Source: Lingula anatina (Eukaryota; Animalia; Brachiopoda). Taken from it: DNA of 64,000 nt. Below the pieces are notes generated by a model. It was given only the letters and a program-made list of their open reading frames with translations, ran no database searches and was not told the DNA's origin. The translations under genes and the position numbers were made by a program. The DNA is taken from the NCBI GenBank assembly GCA_051362555.1, contig CM120642.1:18972001-19036000 (forward strand). The letters run 5' to 3'. This document shows positions 13,546-26,000 of this stretch, piece by piece (position 1 is the stretch's first letter; each line of letters begins with the position of its first letter).

Positions 13546-14824
13546 CATAGACAGCCCAAAGCTTTAATTGTCAATTTAACACCTTTCTATTTTGAGGTGA
13601 GATAGCAATCGGTATGGGGCCTAACTTCATCCCTGAACAAGATTTTATCACTGAAATTGGCAGAGTTAACCACAAGTGTATAAGCTACAATCCCGCTGCG
13701 TCATTTTGGTTAAATGTGTTTGTTATGAAGTTATGAGCCCCTAATTACAGTATTTATTAAGCAAAGGCATTATTTTGCTTCATCAATGATAAAAACCGAA
13801 CTAAGAGTTTTGGACAAAGAGTGACAATTTCCTTAAACTAGTTATCTTTGCTAGTTTGGTATCAACAATCCTGCAATTACTATTTTGAATAATAAACATT
13901 TCATTTATGTTTAATTTAACACCTACTTATTATGAGGCAGTATTACAGTCTTTTGGGAAAACCACAGAAGTCAGTTTTATTCTCCACCTTAAAACAAGGG
14001 GAGTAACTTTTATTCCAGTGAATAATGATGGTTATGTACATATCATAATATGTAGAAAAAAAAAAAGAAACTGAATAGATTGTATCCTGTTTTACCTGTC
14101 TCACAGCCTAAGAGGAAATTGGTCTATAGCTTTACGAAAATTTGTCACTGGCAGACAGAAAGACTTTGACAGATATGTGAATTGCAGTCATTTATCTACT
14201 GCTTTTCTATTCTTTTGATTTCCTGAGAGTTTTTTTTGAGTGCATTTTAGTGCTTTGTCATAATTACAAAACATCTGACAAAAAAAAAGACCTAAAAGAG
14301 TATAATTAGTGAATACCATAGCATCCCATTAAATTTAATAGTAAGGTACTTAGATATAATATGTTAATATATTGTCACTGTTTCATTAAGAGAATCCAGA
14401 GGTTTTTAAGGGGTGGGGTGGAAGGGGTCTATTCCTCCACTCAGGCCCTAGCTTCTCTTTCAGGGAAAATAATACCCGCCACCCCTATCCACCAGATATA
14501 GTCCAAATGATACTGTAATATTTTATCCTTACCTTTTTCTGTTTGAGGTTTTTGGTCATCCTACTGCATTATGTTATGCTGTTATTTTATGATAATTATA
14601 GGAACAATTGAAGTAGAGAAAATAGAACTTTACTGTTAGGTTTATTACTGTCATCTTTTCTTCAGGGTTTGTTAAAATGTAACTTACTAATTTGTCATAA
14701 TATTTTTTTTCAATATTTCCACATTGTTTTTATTGTTTTTATAACATGTATTATTATCACAGTACCTTATTTTTCAGGTTTTTCTATCATTTTCACATGA
14801 GTGGCAGGAATATAGAAACACATC

Positions 14825-15151
14825 ATGGCTTCACGTGCACTGTATCATGTCCTTCAGAACATCAGAGTAAAAAGATCAATGACAAAGCCTTTCCCTCAGC
14901 TAGACTGTAGCATCTGTCAACCTAGGGCTCACATTTACTTGTACAACACTTGTTTTGGAAGGTCCTTGGAAAACGGCTCCATGACAGCAACATTTCAGTT
15001 GAACCATGTGAGACATTATGCCAAGAAAGGTAGAGACAGTTACAGAAAAAAACAACACACACACACACACACACACATTAAAGTTGTGGGTCATACATGT
15101 CTCGTGTTTATTAATTAATTAATTTATTTTTAATTGATATATATATATGCT

Positions 15152-15227
<76 letters not shown>

Positions 15228-18200
15228 ATTCTTTTATTTACTAATGGTTTGTTAAAACTTAGTCATTTTGCTTCTGCTGTTTGTTCCATTGTTATAGCTC
15301 ACAAAAAACTGTTTTGTTTTGGCTTTTCACATTTTTGGCTCAAGGATTAGGTTTGAATAAAGAATGTTTAGTGATTAATGATAATTTTCCTGGATTACCA
15401 GGTCATGCACCTTTTATTGTTGGTCTTCATTTTTACAGCTAAGGGTAAAGGCAACACTTTTCCAAGGCCAGAAACCAAATTGACACAGGAAGAATTGAAT
15501 GCCCTGTTTTCTTATGATGAAATGATTGAAAAAATGAGTAAAGCAAAAGACAATTTGAAACAGTTTTATTTTAAGGATCTTCGAGTTCGAACTTCTACAG
15601 GTAATCAGCAATAAATTAATGCTTTTGTTTCCATTTCAGTTCTTACTAGTCAGAGATTGAATAATTATATTTAAATTAAGGAAACTTTTATTAGAGTGTT
15701 TGTTAGTCATATTAGACATAATGTAATTATGATAAACAGAAACTAAAAATCAGTTTATTCTTTTTCTTAATTTTTAAGTTTTATCATTACTCTAAGTGAA
15801 TGAAAATTCATTGCTATGGAAAACTGTTGTAGTGCTAGGCTACAATTAGCATTATTATTATCATTATTGATTTGTTTGTGTTAAATAGATATTGCATATA
15901 ATATTTTCCTGATGAAAATGTAAAGATTGATTTATTTTGTCTAATTTTCTGAAAATTAGCTTTAATTAATTAAAATTGATTCGAAGATTTTGCAGGCAGA
16001 CTTGAGTCAAAAATTAAAGATTTATCCAAGAGTCTTTTCTTAAATTTCCAGAACTGTGACCAAATCCTTTTCTGGTGTTTAAAAAAGTGTTGTATTGGTT
16101 GTGACAATTTTCTGATTGCATTAGGAGTGCTTTTAGATGTGCCAGGATTGCATTTGAATTCTTTCAGGTGCTCTAACTGAGATTGACGTATCCACTAGTG
16201 ATGGAACATTTCCATTGAATCAAATAGCCAAGGTCGTACAGAAATCTCCCCAACTTGTGGTGGTTGATGCCACAACATCTCCTCAGGTGATATGACATGA
16301 CGAGATCCTATGGTGTAATTTTTTTTCCCTTTGTATACCATCATGAACATTGTCATTACAAAACTTTGGTGTGTGAGTAGCCACTGTGATTCAGCGGCAA
16401 GGAATCTGGATAGAGCACATTATAAATTATTCAGCTGTATTACAAAACGATGGTATATGAGGAAAAATCTTACACCACACAAAACTTACATGTCTGTAAG
16501 TCGGGTTTATGAAAAAAATTGTTAAATTTTCCTTTCAATAGAATAAACTAAATTTTCAAAAAATGGAAACATCTATTTGGACCACCCTGTATATAAATAT
16601 ATAATAGTATACAACACTTATGAGTGAATGTTGTTAGTCATCCAGTAGAATAAGAATGATAAATATGAATAACTCTGATACTGAAACTTACATTTAGCTT
16701 TTGACCATTATTGGGATCTCAACTTTAGACCTTTCACTAGGTAAATGACCTGGATGGACTGGTCACCTAATCTATTGTCATATAGCCAGGAATAGTGACA
16801 GGCCATGAAGGTCTCAGGTTGAAACCGCAGTGTTGGTCAGTTGCTAAATGCCTAACTCCTTCACAAACAACAAATGAATCAAATAAGTTTGGCCAGCACA
16901 CTAGTAGTGCCACCAATTTATTTACTTAGCAGCTAGCTGCAGCTCACTTTATCCAAAAAAGTTTACATTACATCAAACCACTACTTACATCAATCGCTTT
17001 TGAATATATATATAATTTTTCAAAAATAATATAAATATACAGATGTAAACTAAATTATATGTAAATTAAGTTTGATTAATATAACTTTACATTATAAATG
17101 CACAACAAACAATCTATGACACCCAAGAAGAAACCATAGAAAAAAACTTGCTACCAAAATGTAAGTCTTATGCATGCAACAGATCTTGAGGAGTCAGACT
17201 TCCACTTTTGTTTATACAAATATTAAATATTACTAATTAAAATTAAAAATTTGGGAAAATTGATCTGCACAGCAGTGCGTGAAAGTCTGGAATGACTTAA
17301 AATAACTTTAATTTATTAGACACAAAACCAATTCATGGGGCATGCTCTAATCTAAACACTGTTCTTCTCGTAATGCACAGAAAGCATATTCCTGCTATGC
17401 TTCAAAACATGGGAATATTCATTTCCAGTATCAGAGTTACTGAATATTTATCAGTATACAGCACTTTATTTTATATTTCTGATTATGAGCCTTCGAATTT
17501 TGGATTATACAGAATTAAATGAAAGAAGTCTATACAGTTTATCCGTTTAGTATAATTTTATATACAGTTGTAATGTATTATGTTTATATTAGAATTTTGC
17601 TGCATTGCATTTATGAGCAATATTTCCTTTTTAACTACAACAGTACATAAAGAACATTTCTGATGCACTGTTCAACTGCAATATGGGCCTGAATCCACAA
17701 CAAGAGGGGCTTACTTTATATATACCTATTCCAAAGTAAGTACAGCTGAGAATAACCTTATTTTTATAATTCACTTAGTTTGGTTTATCCAAGTCTCAAA
17801 TGACTTAAAGTTACCTACAAGTACCTATTTTAACTTTGTTTGGCATGGGTAAATACTATTTTGAATACATATAAATATTTTTTAACATTATCGATTTGTG
17901 TTTGATATTTGGTATTACTGTAGGCAATATTGGCACTTATTTTTATTATCACTCAGGATTTTTTTTTATATATTTATTTTTCAAGTGAATGTGTTTAAGG
18001 GTTTAAAATTATGGCATTACAGAGTTACAAAGGAACACAGAGAAAAGCTGGTCAAGTCCTCGAAGACCAAAGCTAATGAAGCAAAGAAAATGGTCGAAGA
18101 TGTCAAGATAAAATATCAAAGCATTCTGAAGAAAAAACATGAACACATTTCTAAAGACACCATAAAATTACTAGACACAATAGTAAGTTTAACATTTCTA

Positions 18201-18521
18201 ATTGATGTGTATACTTTGTGGCATCTGTGACAAAATTTTTCTCTAATTTTTATTTAGAATTTAATTGGTAAACTGATTCAGAACCACCTTCTGAATTTCA
18301 ATTATCAGGGTTACCATTGGTATATTATTTGAATGCTTCTCTCTTCACTTGATATGTATTGAGTGTGGTATTACAGTTATGTTTTCATTATTTCATATGT
18401 ATTTTTAAAACATATTCTAAAAAGCTATGTTCTGTTCTTCCAGGTTCAGACGAATGCAAATAGGGTAAAGACTGAAATTGATGAAATTCAAAAAGCAAAG
18501 GAAAAAGACCTATTGCCTTGA
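14825..18521 (+). CDS. MRRF: Mitochondrial ribosome recycling factor, 6 coding exons
   Basis: Exons 14825-15029, 15439-15600, 16168-16286, 17644-17735, 18023-18182 and 18444-18521 join in frame. Basic presequence ending RHYAKK, then LRVRTSTG, FPLNQIA, MGLNPQQEG..LYIPIPKVTKEHREKL, ISKDTI and KAKEKDLL: RRF-family motifs. An acceptor at 14777 implies an upstream non-coding exon. Confidence 0.92.
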
Positions 18522-18805
18522 AATTATATGGACACACATTTCATGCATGGATATAAGTTATATTGTAATGTTACTGCCATCAGCATTCTGACATTAAGTC
18601 ACTTGGTATGTGTTGACACGATGCCAAGAAAATCAACAACAAATGGTCATGTTTGAAAATAATTGGATTAAATTTATTTTCTACTAGTCTTTCATGCATT
18701 TCAACAATTTATACTTGAAATGAGTAAAATCACCTCATCTGACCATTTTAATGCAGTATACATGCCAGTTTATAAAATGGTAACTGTAATTTGATACACA
18801 ATACA

Positions 18806-18845
<40 letters not shown>

Positions 18846-19324
18846 CAGAACTTTTCCATGAAAAATAAATAAGGTGGAAAAATGATAAAAGGAAAGCTTT
18901 TTAGTTTGCCAAAATATTTCTTTAGTAGTTTATAAATAAACTGTTACCAAAATTATAGGCGAATCATGTAAAAGTTGTGGTATACAAAATGTATGTTAAA
19001 AAACATTTTCTTCTGCCTATCTAAGTATTGAGCCTTCAGTACTGCCCAGAGTATTTCAAACGCATGGTATATTATTAAAACTGATTACAGTCACTGTGAT
19101 GATTCATTGAGGTAAAATGAAATCAAAATATAATTTCTAAAAATAGTAAAAGTCATAATTAAATGTATTATTTATACCATGACTGGCACTTCAAACGAGG
19201 ATAATTGCACTGGTATTTCGCATACAGGCTTGCCTGTGTTTGCATACGCTTCTGTGCACTTATCCTATTGTTTGAAAGCACCAGCTGTGGTACAAGTCGG
19301 TTACAACAGAATTACTCCTCCTCG

Positions 19325-19408
19325 TCCACTGTATGCCACATACAAGAGCAAATTATATCTCTGCTGCACCTCGATATAATTAGGCTCTTGTATGTGGCAT
19401 ACAGTGGA
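19325..19408. repeat. Long near-perfect inverted repeat (hairpin)
   Basis: 25-bp perfect stem 19325-19349/19384-19408, plus a 9-bp inner stem 19351-19359/19373-19381 and a 13-nt loop. Confidence 0.9.
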
Positions 19409-20018
19409 TGACTTGTGTTGTAACTAGGACTAATTGTTAGTCCCATTTTCCATATGTTCACTTCTGGTTCTAATGAATGTCTACTGCACACTTTTGGTGT
19501 CAGGGTTTTTACAAGATTCTATAATCTGTCATCTTTAACAATTTCATTCCCTTGGTCCTGAATAACCTAATCAACTTCCAGTAAAGGTCGTCAAACACCA
19601 AGTACTTTCCATCACAATGTACTTAAAAGTACAACCAATATTTTGTCAATAAGATGTTTTCTTTATCCCAGCATTTGCAGCATCCACTGATGGAAAAATA
19701 CCACTTTAGCTTGAATTGCCTTGAAAACTGGACACTGGAGTCAGTGGACATTGATTTAATGGACTGAGAATGACACCTTTGCAGTCCAGTGTAGGAACTC
19801 TTCACTTTTGTGAGACCTGAAGACATACCATCCCATAATATTTCTTCAAAGCTGCAAACACTGTCTGTGATGTTGCTTAGCATTTGATTGGTCCAATCAA
19901 CTCCAAAGAGCAGCATACAATGAATGTAACACGTAAGTGTGATGCATTATTCACGAAATGATTAACCATCAAAGTCACATGAACACATCGTCTGACGCTG
20001 TCACAAGATATCTGGTTG

Positions 20019-23000
20019 TTACCTCCTTAGAACCTGTTTCTTAAACCTCTCAAAATGGAAGTCATCTGTGGCTTTTTCATCTCCAGATTTTTTCTTTCCA
20101 GATTTGTCTGAAAATGATAAACAACATGACAGAAATGAATAGTTTCACGCACACTGCATTGACAATTGAGTCTAATTAAACATAATGATGATAAAAAGTG
20201 TCATATGCAAAATATCAAACTGAATGTTTAATTCTATGCAAAAATATACAAAAAAAATAATAACAGCAGAATATATCACAAAATAGAATCTGTGCAAGAG
20301 GAGTGGAGTAGAGGTGAAGGGGGAGACTGAATTTGGGTGCCCTTACCTGAAGCAGTGTCTTCAGAGTTATAATCCCCAACTCTAACAGGTTTAGGTTTGG
20401 GGGCCTCTTCCTTGACTGCCTTTTGTGCTGGTTTGTTCTCCTCAAACGTGACTGGAAAACATTCACCAAAAACTCGTAGATACACCATTAAGATATACTG
20501 ATATCATAATGTGAGGTAAATAAAAAGGTGAGGGGAGCAATTTGATATACTACTGTCTAATGTAAAATCTCCATGTAGGGTTGCTTTCAGCTTGCATTTG
20601 TATAATCTATGAATATTAGACTTGCTCAAAACTTGTATGTTACATAGTACTTTTTATTCATCAATGTTAAGCTGAGCACTGAATCAAAATTTAAAATATT
20701 AAGTAAATAAATACTTTCTGTAACTGCACTTATGTAAAGAAAGTTTCTTTTATGTTACACTTATTCAAGTTAATTAAGAGCCTGACTTACATCTCTTGTG
20801 CTGTACAAAATTCACTGCATAATTTGTTGGTACAAATTCCGAGACATTGTCTTTCTTGTTCATTCTTTCTCTCAGTAGCTGTGCTTTTGCTTCCTCTGTG
20901 GCTTCTATATTTTTTATTTTAGCCCTAAGAAAAAAAAAAGACATTTAATAACTCTCTTGTATAATAGCAAAACATCTGGATTCAAACTGTCTTCTTGCCA
21001 CATGCCATGACCCGAGAATAAAGAAATCAGAATCACAACAAAATATTCTGACACTACTCTAGCTGCAATTCATATATAGAATGATCACATTCAAACATAA
21101 TTAACACTGCATAAGCTGTGAAATTATAAGAATTAAAATCATGTCAAAAAGATTGATATATTAGTTCATTACTCAATTAATGTATTCCTTTATCTATTAA
21201 CTATTTAAAATCATGCCATAAAATCTGATATATAAACCCATCATTCAATTTATCACTCAATTTGTTCATTTCTCCATCAGCTATTACTTACTCTATTCCC
21301 AAGTCCACCTCAGGAATTCCAGACAGCATCTGATTGGACAACATATCTTCGTTTTTACTCCATAATCCAACGCGGAGGTGCTCAGGTACATCATACAGTG
21401 CATCCATTGGATTCTGGCTGAATTAGAGCATCCCAACATTAAACTAGAGGATCAGAGAGGCGATACCGCCTCCGAATATTGTACCACCAGCTGGAGCAAG
21501 CGCATTCGTATAGACCCCCACATACACAAAATAAGGGACACAGCCACCAGTCTTATGCTTGACAAGCTATAAAAATGCAATCAACAAGAATTTTCAAAAT
21601 ACGCAAAAAATATATATAACTTAAAATGGTACAATCAAAGTTAAGTTCATCGTAAGGTAGGTCAAAGGTCAATTTCAAGGTCGCAGTAAATTGCCAGTAT
21701 ATGACTTCCTATTCAACTTCAAGAGTAACTATGGACCTATCTCTGCCAGGTTTGGAGTTAAAAGAGAAAGAAATTAGCAGAGTTCAGTTCATGATTATAA
21801 GTAGGTCAAAGGTCAATTTGAAGGTCACATATAGATTGCCAGTATATGACTTCCTATTCAAGTCCAATAGTAACTACGGACCTATCTCAGCCAGTTTTGG
21901 AGATAAAAGGAAACCAAAATTTGCAAAGTTCAGTTCATGGTGAAAAGTAGGTCAAAGGTCAATTTCAAGGTCACATTTAGATTGCCAGTATATGACTTCC
22001 TATTCAAGTCCAATAGAAACTACGGACCTATCTCTGCCAGTTTTGGAGATAAAAGGGAAGCAAAATTTGCAATGTTCAGTTCATGGTGAAAAGTAGGTCA
22101 AAGGTCAATTTTAAGGTCACATTTAGATTGCCAGTATATGACTTCCTATTCAAGTTCAATAGTAACTATGGACCTATCTCTGCCAGTTTTGGAGACAAAA
22201 GGGAAGCAAAATTTGCAAAGTTCAGTTCATGGTGAAAAGTAGGTCAAAGGTCAATTTTAAGGTCACATTTATATTGCCAGTATATGACTTCCTATTCAAG
22301 TTCAATAGTAACTATGGACCTATCTCTGCCAGTTTTGGAGATAAAAGGAAAGCAAAATTTGCAAAGTTCAGTTCATGGTGAAAAGTAGGTCAAAGGTCAA
22401 TTTTAAGGTCACAGTAAGATTGCCAGTATATGACTTCCTATTCAAGTTCAATAGTAACTATGGACCTATCTCTGCCAGTTTTGGAGATATAAGGGACTAA
22501 ATGTTATAATTTTGGAGTTACCATAATGTGCCTTAAATTTCGAACAGAAAAAATTAATTAAAATAAAGAAAATGTCATTTTGGTCAAAATTCTTGAAATA
22601 GAAGGTGCTCTGAAGTTTCAGAAGTTCAAGTTTGATGAAATAATGTCATTTTTGAACACAAGTTGTCTGCTTTGCCAAGCCTTATGTTTTATTTTTCCAG
22701 AGTTCAAAATTTATTATCCATTACAGTACTGCACATTTTGCTTTTACCACCAATATGTACTTTTTGATACAGCGTAACTCGAAAATCGTATGGAATACAA
22801 AAAAACCGAGACCACCTCAAGTATTGGGCTTTACATGCAAAGTTCAGTTCATGGTGAAAAGTAGGTCAAAGGTCAATTTTAAGGTCACAGTAAGATTGCC
22901 AGTATATGACTTCCTATTCAAGTCCAATAGTAACTACGGACCTATCTCAGCCAGTTTTGGAGATAAAAGGAAACCAAAATTTGCAAAGTTCAGTTCATGG

Positions 23001-26000
23001 TGAAAAGTAGGTCAAAGGTCAATTTCAAGGTCACATTTAGATTGCCAGTATATGACTTCCTATTCAAGTCCAATAGAAACTACGGACCTATCTCTGCCAG
23101 TTTTGGAGATAAAAGGGAAGCAAAATTTGCAATGTTCAGTTCATGGTGAAAAGTAGGTCAAAGGTCAATTTTAAGGTCACATTTAGATTGCCAGTATATG
23201 ACTTCCTATTCAAGTTCAATAGTAACTATGGACCTATCTCTGCCAGTTTTGGAGACAAAAGGGAAGCAAAATTTGCAAAGTTCAGTTCATGGTGAAAAGT
23301 AGGTCAAAGGTCAATTTTAAGGTCACATTTATATTGCCAGTATATGACTTCCTATTCAAGTTCAATAGTAACTATGGACCTATCTCTGCCAGTTTTGGAG
23401 ATAAAAGGAAAGCAAAATTTGCAAAGTTCAGTTCATGGTGAAAAGTAGGTCAAAGGTCAATTTTAAGGTCACAGTAAGATTGCCAGTATATGACTTCCTA
23501 TTCAAGTTCAATAGTAACTATGGACCTATCTCTGCCAGTTTTGGCGATAAAATGGAAGAAAAATTTGCAAAGTTCAGTTCATGGTGAAAAGTAGGTCAAA
23601 GGTCAATTTTAAGGTCACATATAGATTGCCAGTATATGACTTCCTATTCAAGTTCAATAGTAACTATGGACCTATCTCTGCCAGTTTTGGAGATAAAAGG
23701 GAAGAAAAATTTGCAAAGTTCAGTTCATGGTGAAAAGTAGGTCAAAGGTCAATTTTAAGGTCACATTTATATTGCCAGTATATGACTTCCTATTCAAGTT
23801 CAATAGTAACTATGGACCTATCTCTGCCAGTTTTGGAGATATAAGGGACTAAATGTTATAATTTTGGAGTTACCATAATGTGCCTTAAATTTCGTACAAA
23901 AAAAATTAATTAAAATAAAGAAAATGTCATTTTGGTCAAAATTCTTGAAATAAGAGGTGCTCTGAAGTTTCAGAAGTTCAAATTTGATGAAATAATGTCA
24001 TTTTTGAACACAAGTTGTCTGCTTTGCCAAGCCTAATGTTTTATTTTTCCAGAGTTCAAAATTTATTATCCATTACCGTACTGCACATTTTGCTTTTACC
24101 ACCAATATGTACTTTTTGATACAGCGTAACTCGAAAACCGTATGGAATACAAAAAAACCGAGACCACTTCCAGTGTTGGGCTTTATATGCTCTACAAAAT
24201 GCAAAAAAGAATGGGTCTCTAGCATTAACGATTCCCGAATTAGAGACAGTTTTCAGTTTCGGTATCTTATGGCCGCTACTCCCGTGAAAATGCACCGATT
24301 GACCCCAAATTCATGGAGATGAAAGATGACCTGAAGGGTAACACTTTCCAATAATATTATTGGTTAAGTCTGTGTGGTGTCTGAATAACAGGGCAAAAAA
24401 ATTTTTTTTCGTAAAAAATTTCATTTTTTTGAAAATTTTGGCCCATTTGACCTTGAAGTAAAGGTCAAAGGTCAAATCCAAGGGTATATTTGAAATCTAC
24501 ACATATGACTTTTGGAAAGCCGTCTATAGAAATTTTTCCCATAACTCCTTCCGTAGGGTAGATAATTAGCATTTAATTTTGCCATTTTTAGACAAGGGTG
24601 CATTGCAATGAGTGCCACACCCAGACCCCAATACCGACAAAGCCCAAATTTTATGTGGAACGAGTTGAGATTATAGGTGACCTAAATCCATGAGATGGGT
24701 ATGGGGGGCCTTACCGTCTAGGAGGAGAAGCGGTAACGGTAGCCGTCCGGCGGAGCCGGCGGAACGATCAGGACGAGACCGAAACCATGTGTACCGCCAG
24801 CGCTAACGCTGGTGGTACAATGAATAAAATCATATTTATTTGCTTGAAGAAACTCTTTAGTCTGATAATAAATTCAATGTAACGTACTACTGTGTACAAT
24901 AACACTTGTGCAAAGTGGATAAGGAGGTATCCTGATAAAACTGATAAGGTTGAAAATTAAGAAAATGTACAGTAACAGTCTGTGATATGATAAAATAACA
25001 AAATACAATATTATGCATTTATTTCATTTGTTAAGTTTTGTCAATGGTGCTGTAAAATGATACACTTCTACGTTATTTGATTTTTTTTTTATTTTGAGGG
25101 TTTCTCATTTAAAAATCCACTAATCCAATCATTAAGTAAGACTGCATGACTATGAAATCTTGTTATAAACAGCATGGCTGTAACATTGTTAGTGAGAATC
25201 TGTAAAATTGAAGTTTTTCCTTTTTTCCTTTGTAAAAAGATAAAACAAGAATGTTGTTTTTATACACTAATATGATAACAATATTTTGACAACAAAATTA
25301 TTTTATTTAAAGGCTAGGATGGCATAATTTTTTTTTTAATCTCGAAATGTGATATTAACGTATCTGGCAAACTGATGGATGTTTTTCCTGATAGGGTTTT
25401 TATAAATGTATGTAATATATGAATACGAGGTTTTTAGAAAAATTACCAACCTTGCTTTTCTCTCCTGTGGTTCATCTTTACCAACACCTTTCCTCTTCAT
25501 CAACTCTTCTTCAACATACTTCAACCTAAAAAGATTTTATAAGAATTTAGCTGATTGTGAAATATTTTAAAAAAATTAACCAACATTAACCAAATTCCTG
25601 TTTAAAGTAAATGAAAGAATATCTTCCTTACACATTTAATTTTTTTTCACAGAGCATACATTCAGACAGTTTAATAAGAATGTGAAAATGGTTTCATTGG
25701 ATCTCGGCATGAAACAGGTCTTTCGTTATCTCTTGTACAATGACGAAAAAGGGTACTGTAGACTGTTTTAAAGAGACTAGGTTGGTTAATATTTGACGTG
25801 TTAGCTACATGTTCTCAACTAAATGTAATTTTCCACACTCACATGTCAGCATCCTCATCTCTTCTGTTAGTTTCAGCAGCAAAAGCTGTGCCTATAGATT
25901 CTATCTCTTCTGTTGTGGGCCTCCTGTGTAAATATTAGAAAAATATGAAGTAACGCCATAAAATAGAAATCAACATTATATCTCACCACAGGCACAATAA

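Noticed and set aside
16790-16860. tRNA/SINE-like B-box (ggttgaaacc) in an MRRF intron
   Set aside because: No cloverleaf or clear A-box. At most a decayed SINE fragment.
21650-23840. Regularly spaced repeats as a possible CRISPR array
   Set aside because: The units are contiguous 146-bp near-identical monomers with no unique spacers, inside a eukaryotic intron, and there are no cas genes.
21701-24322. Repeated ORFs 21701-21943, 22755-23003 and 24107-24322
   Set aside because: Chance translations of the satellite and its duplicated spacer, with no recognisable domain.
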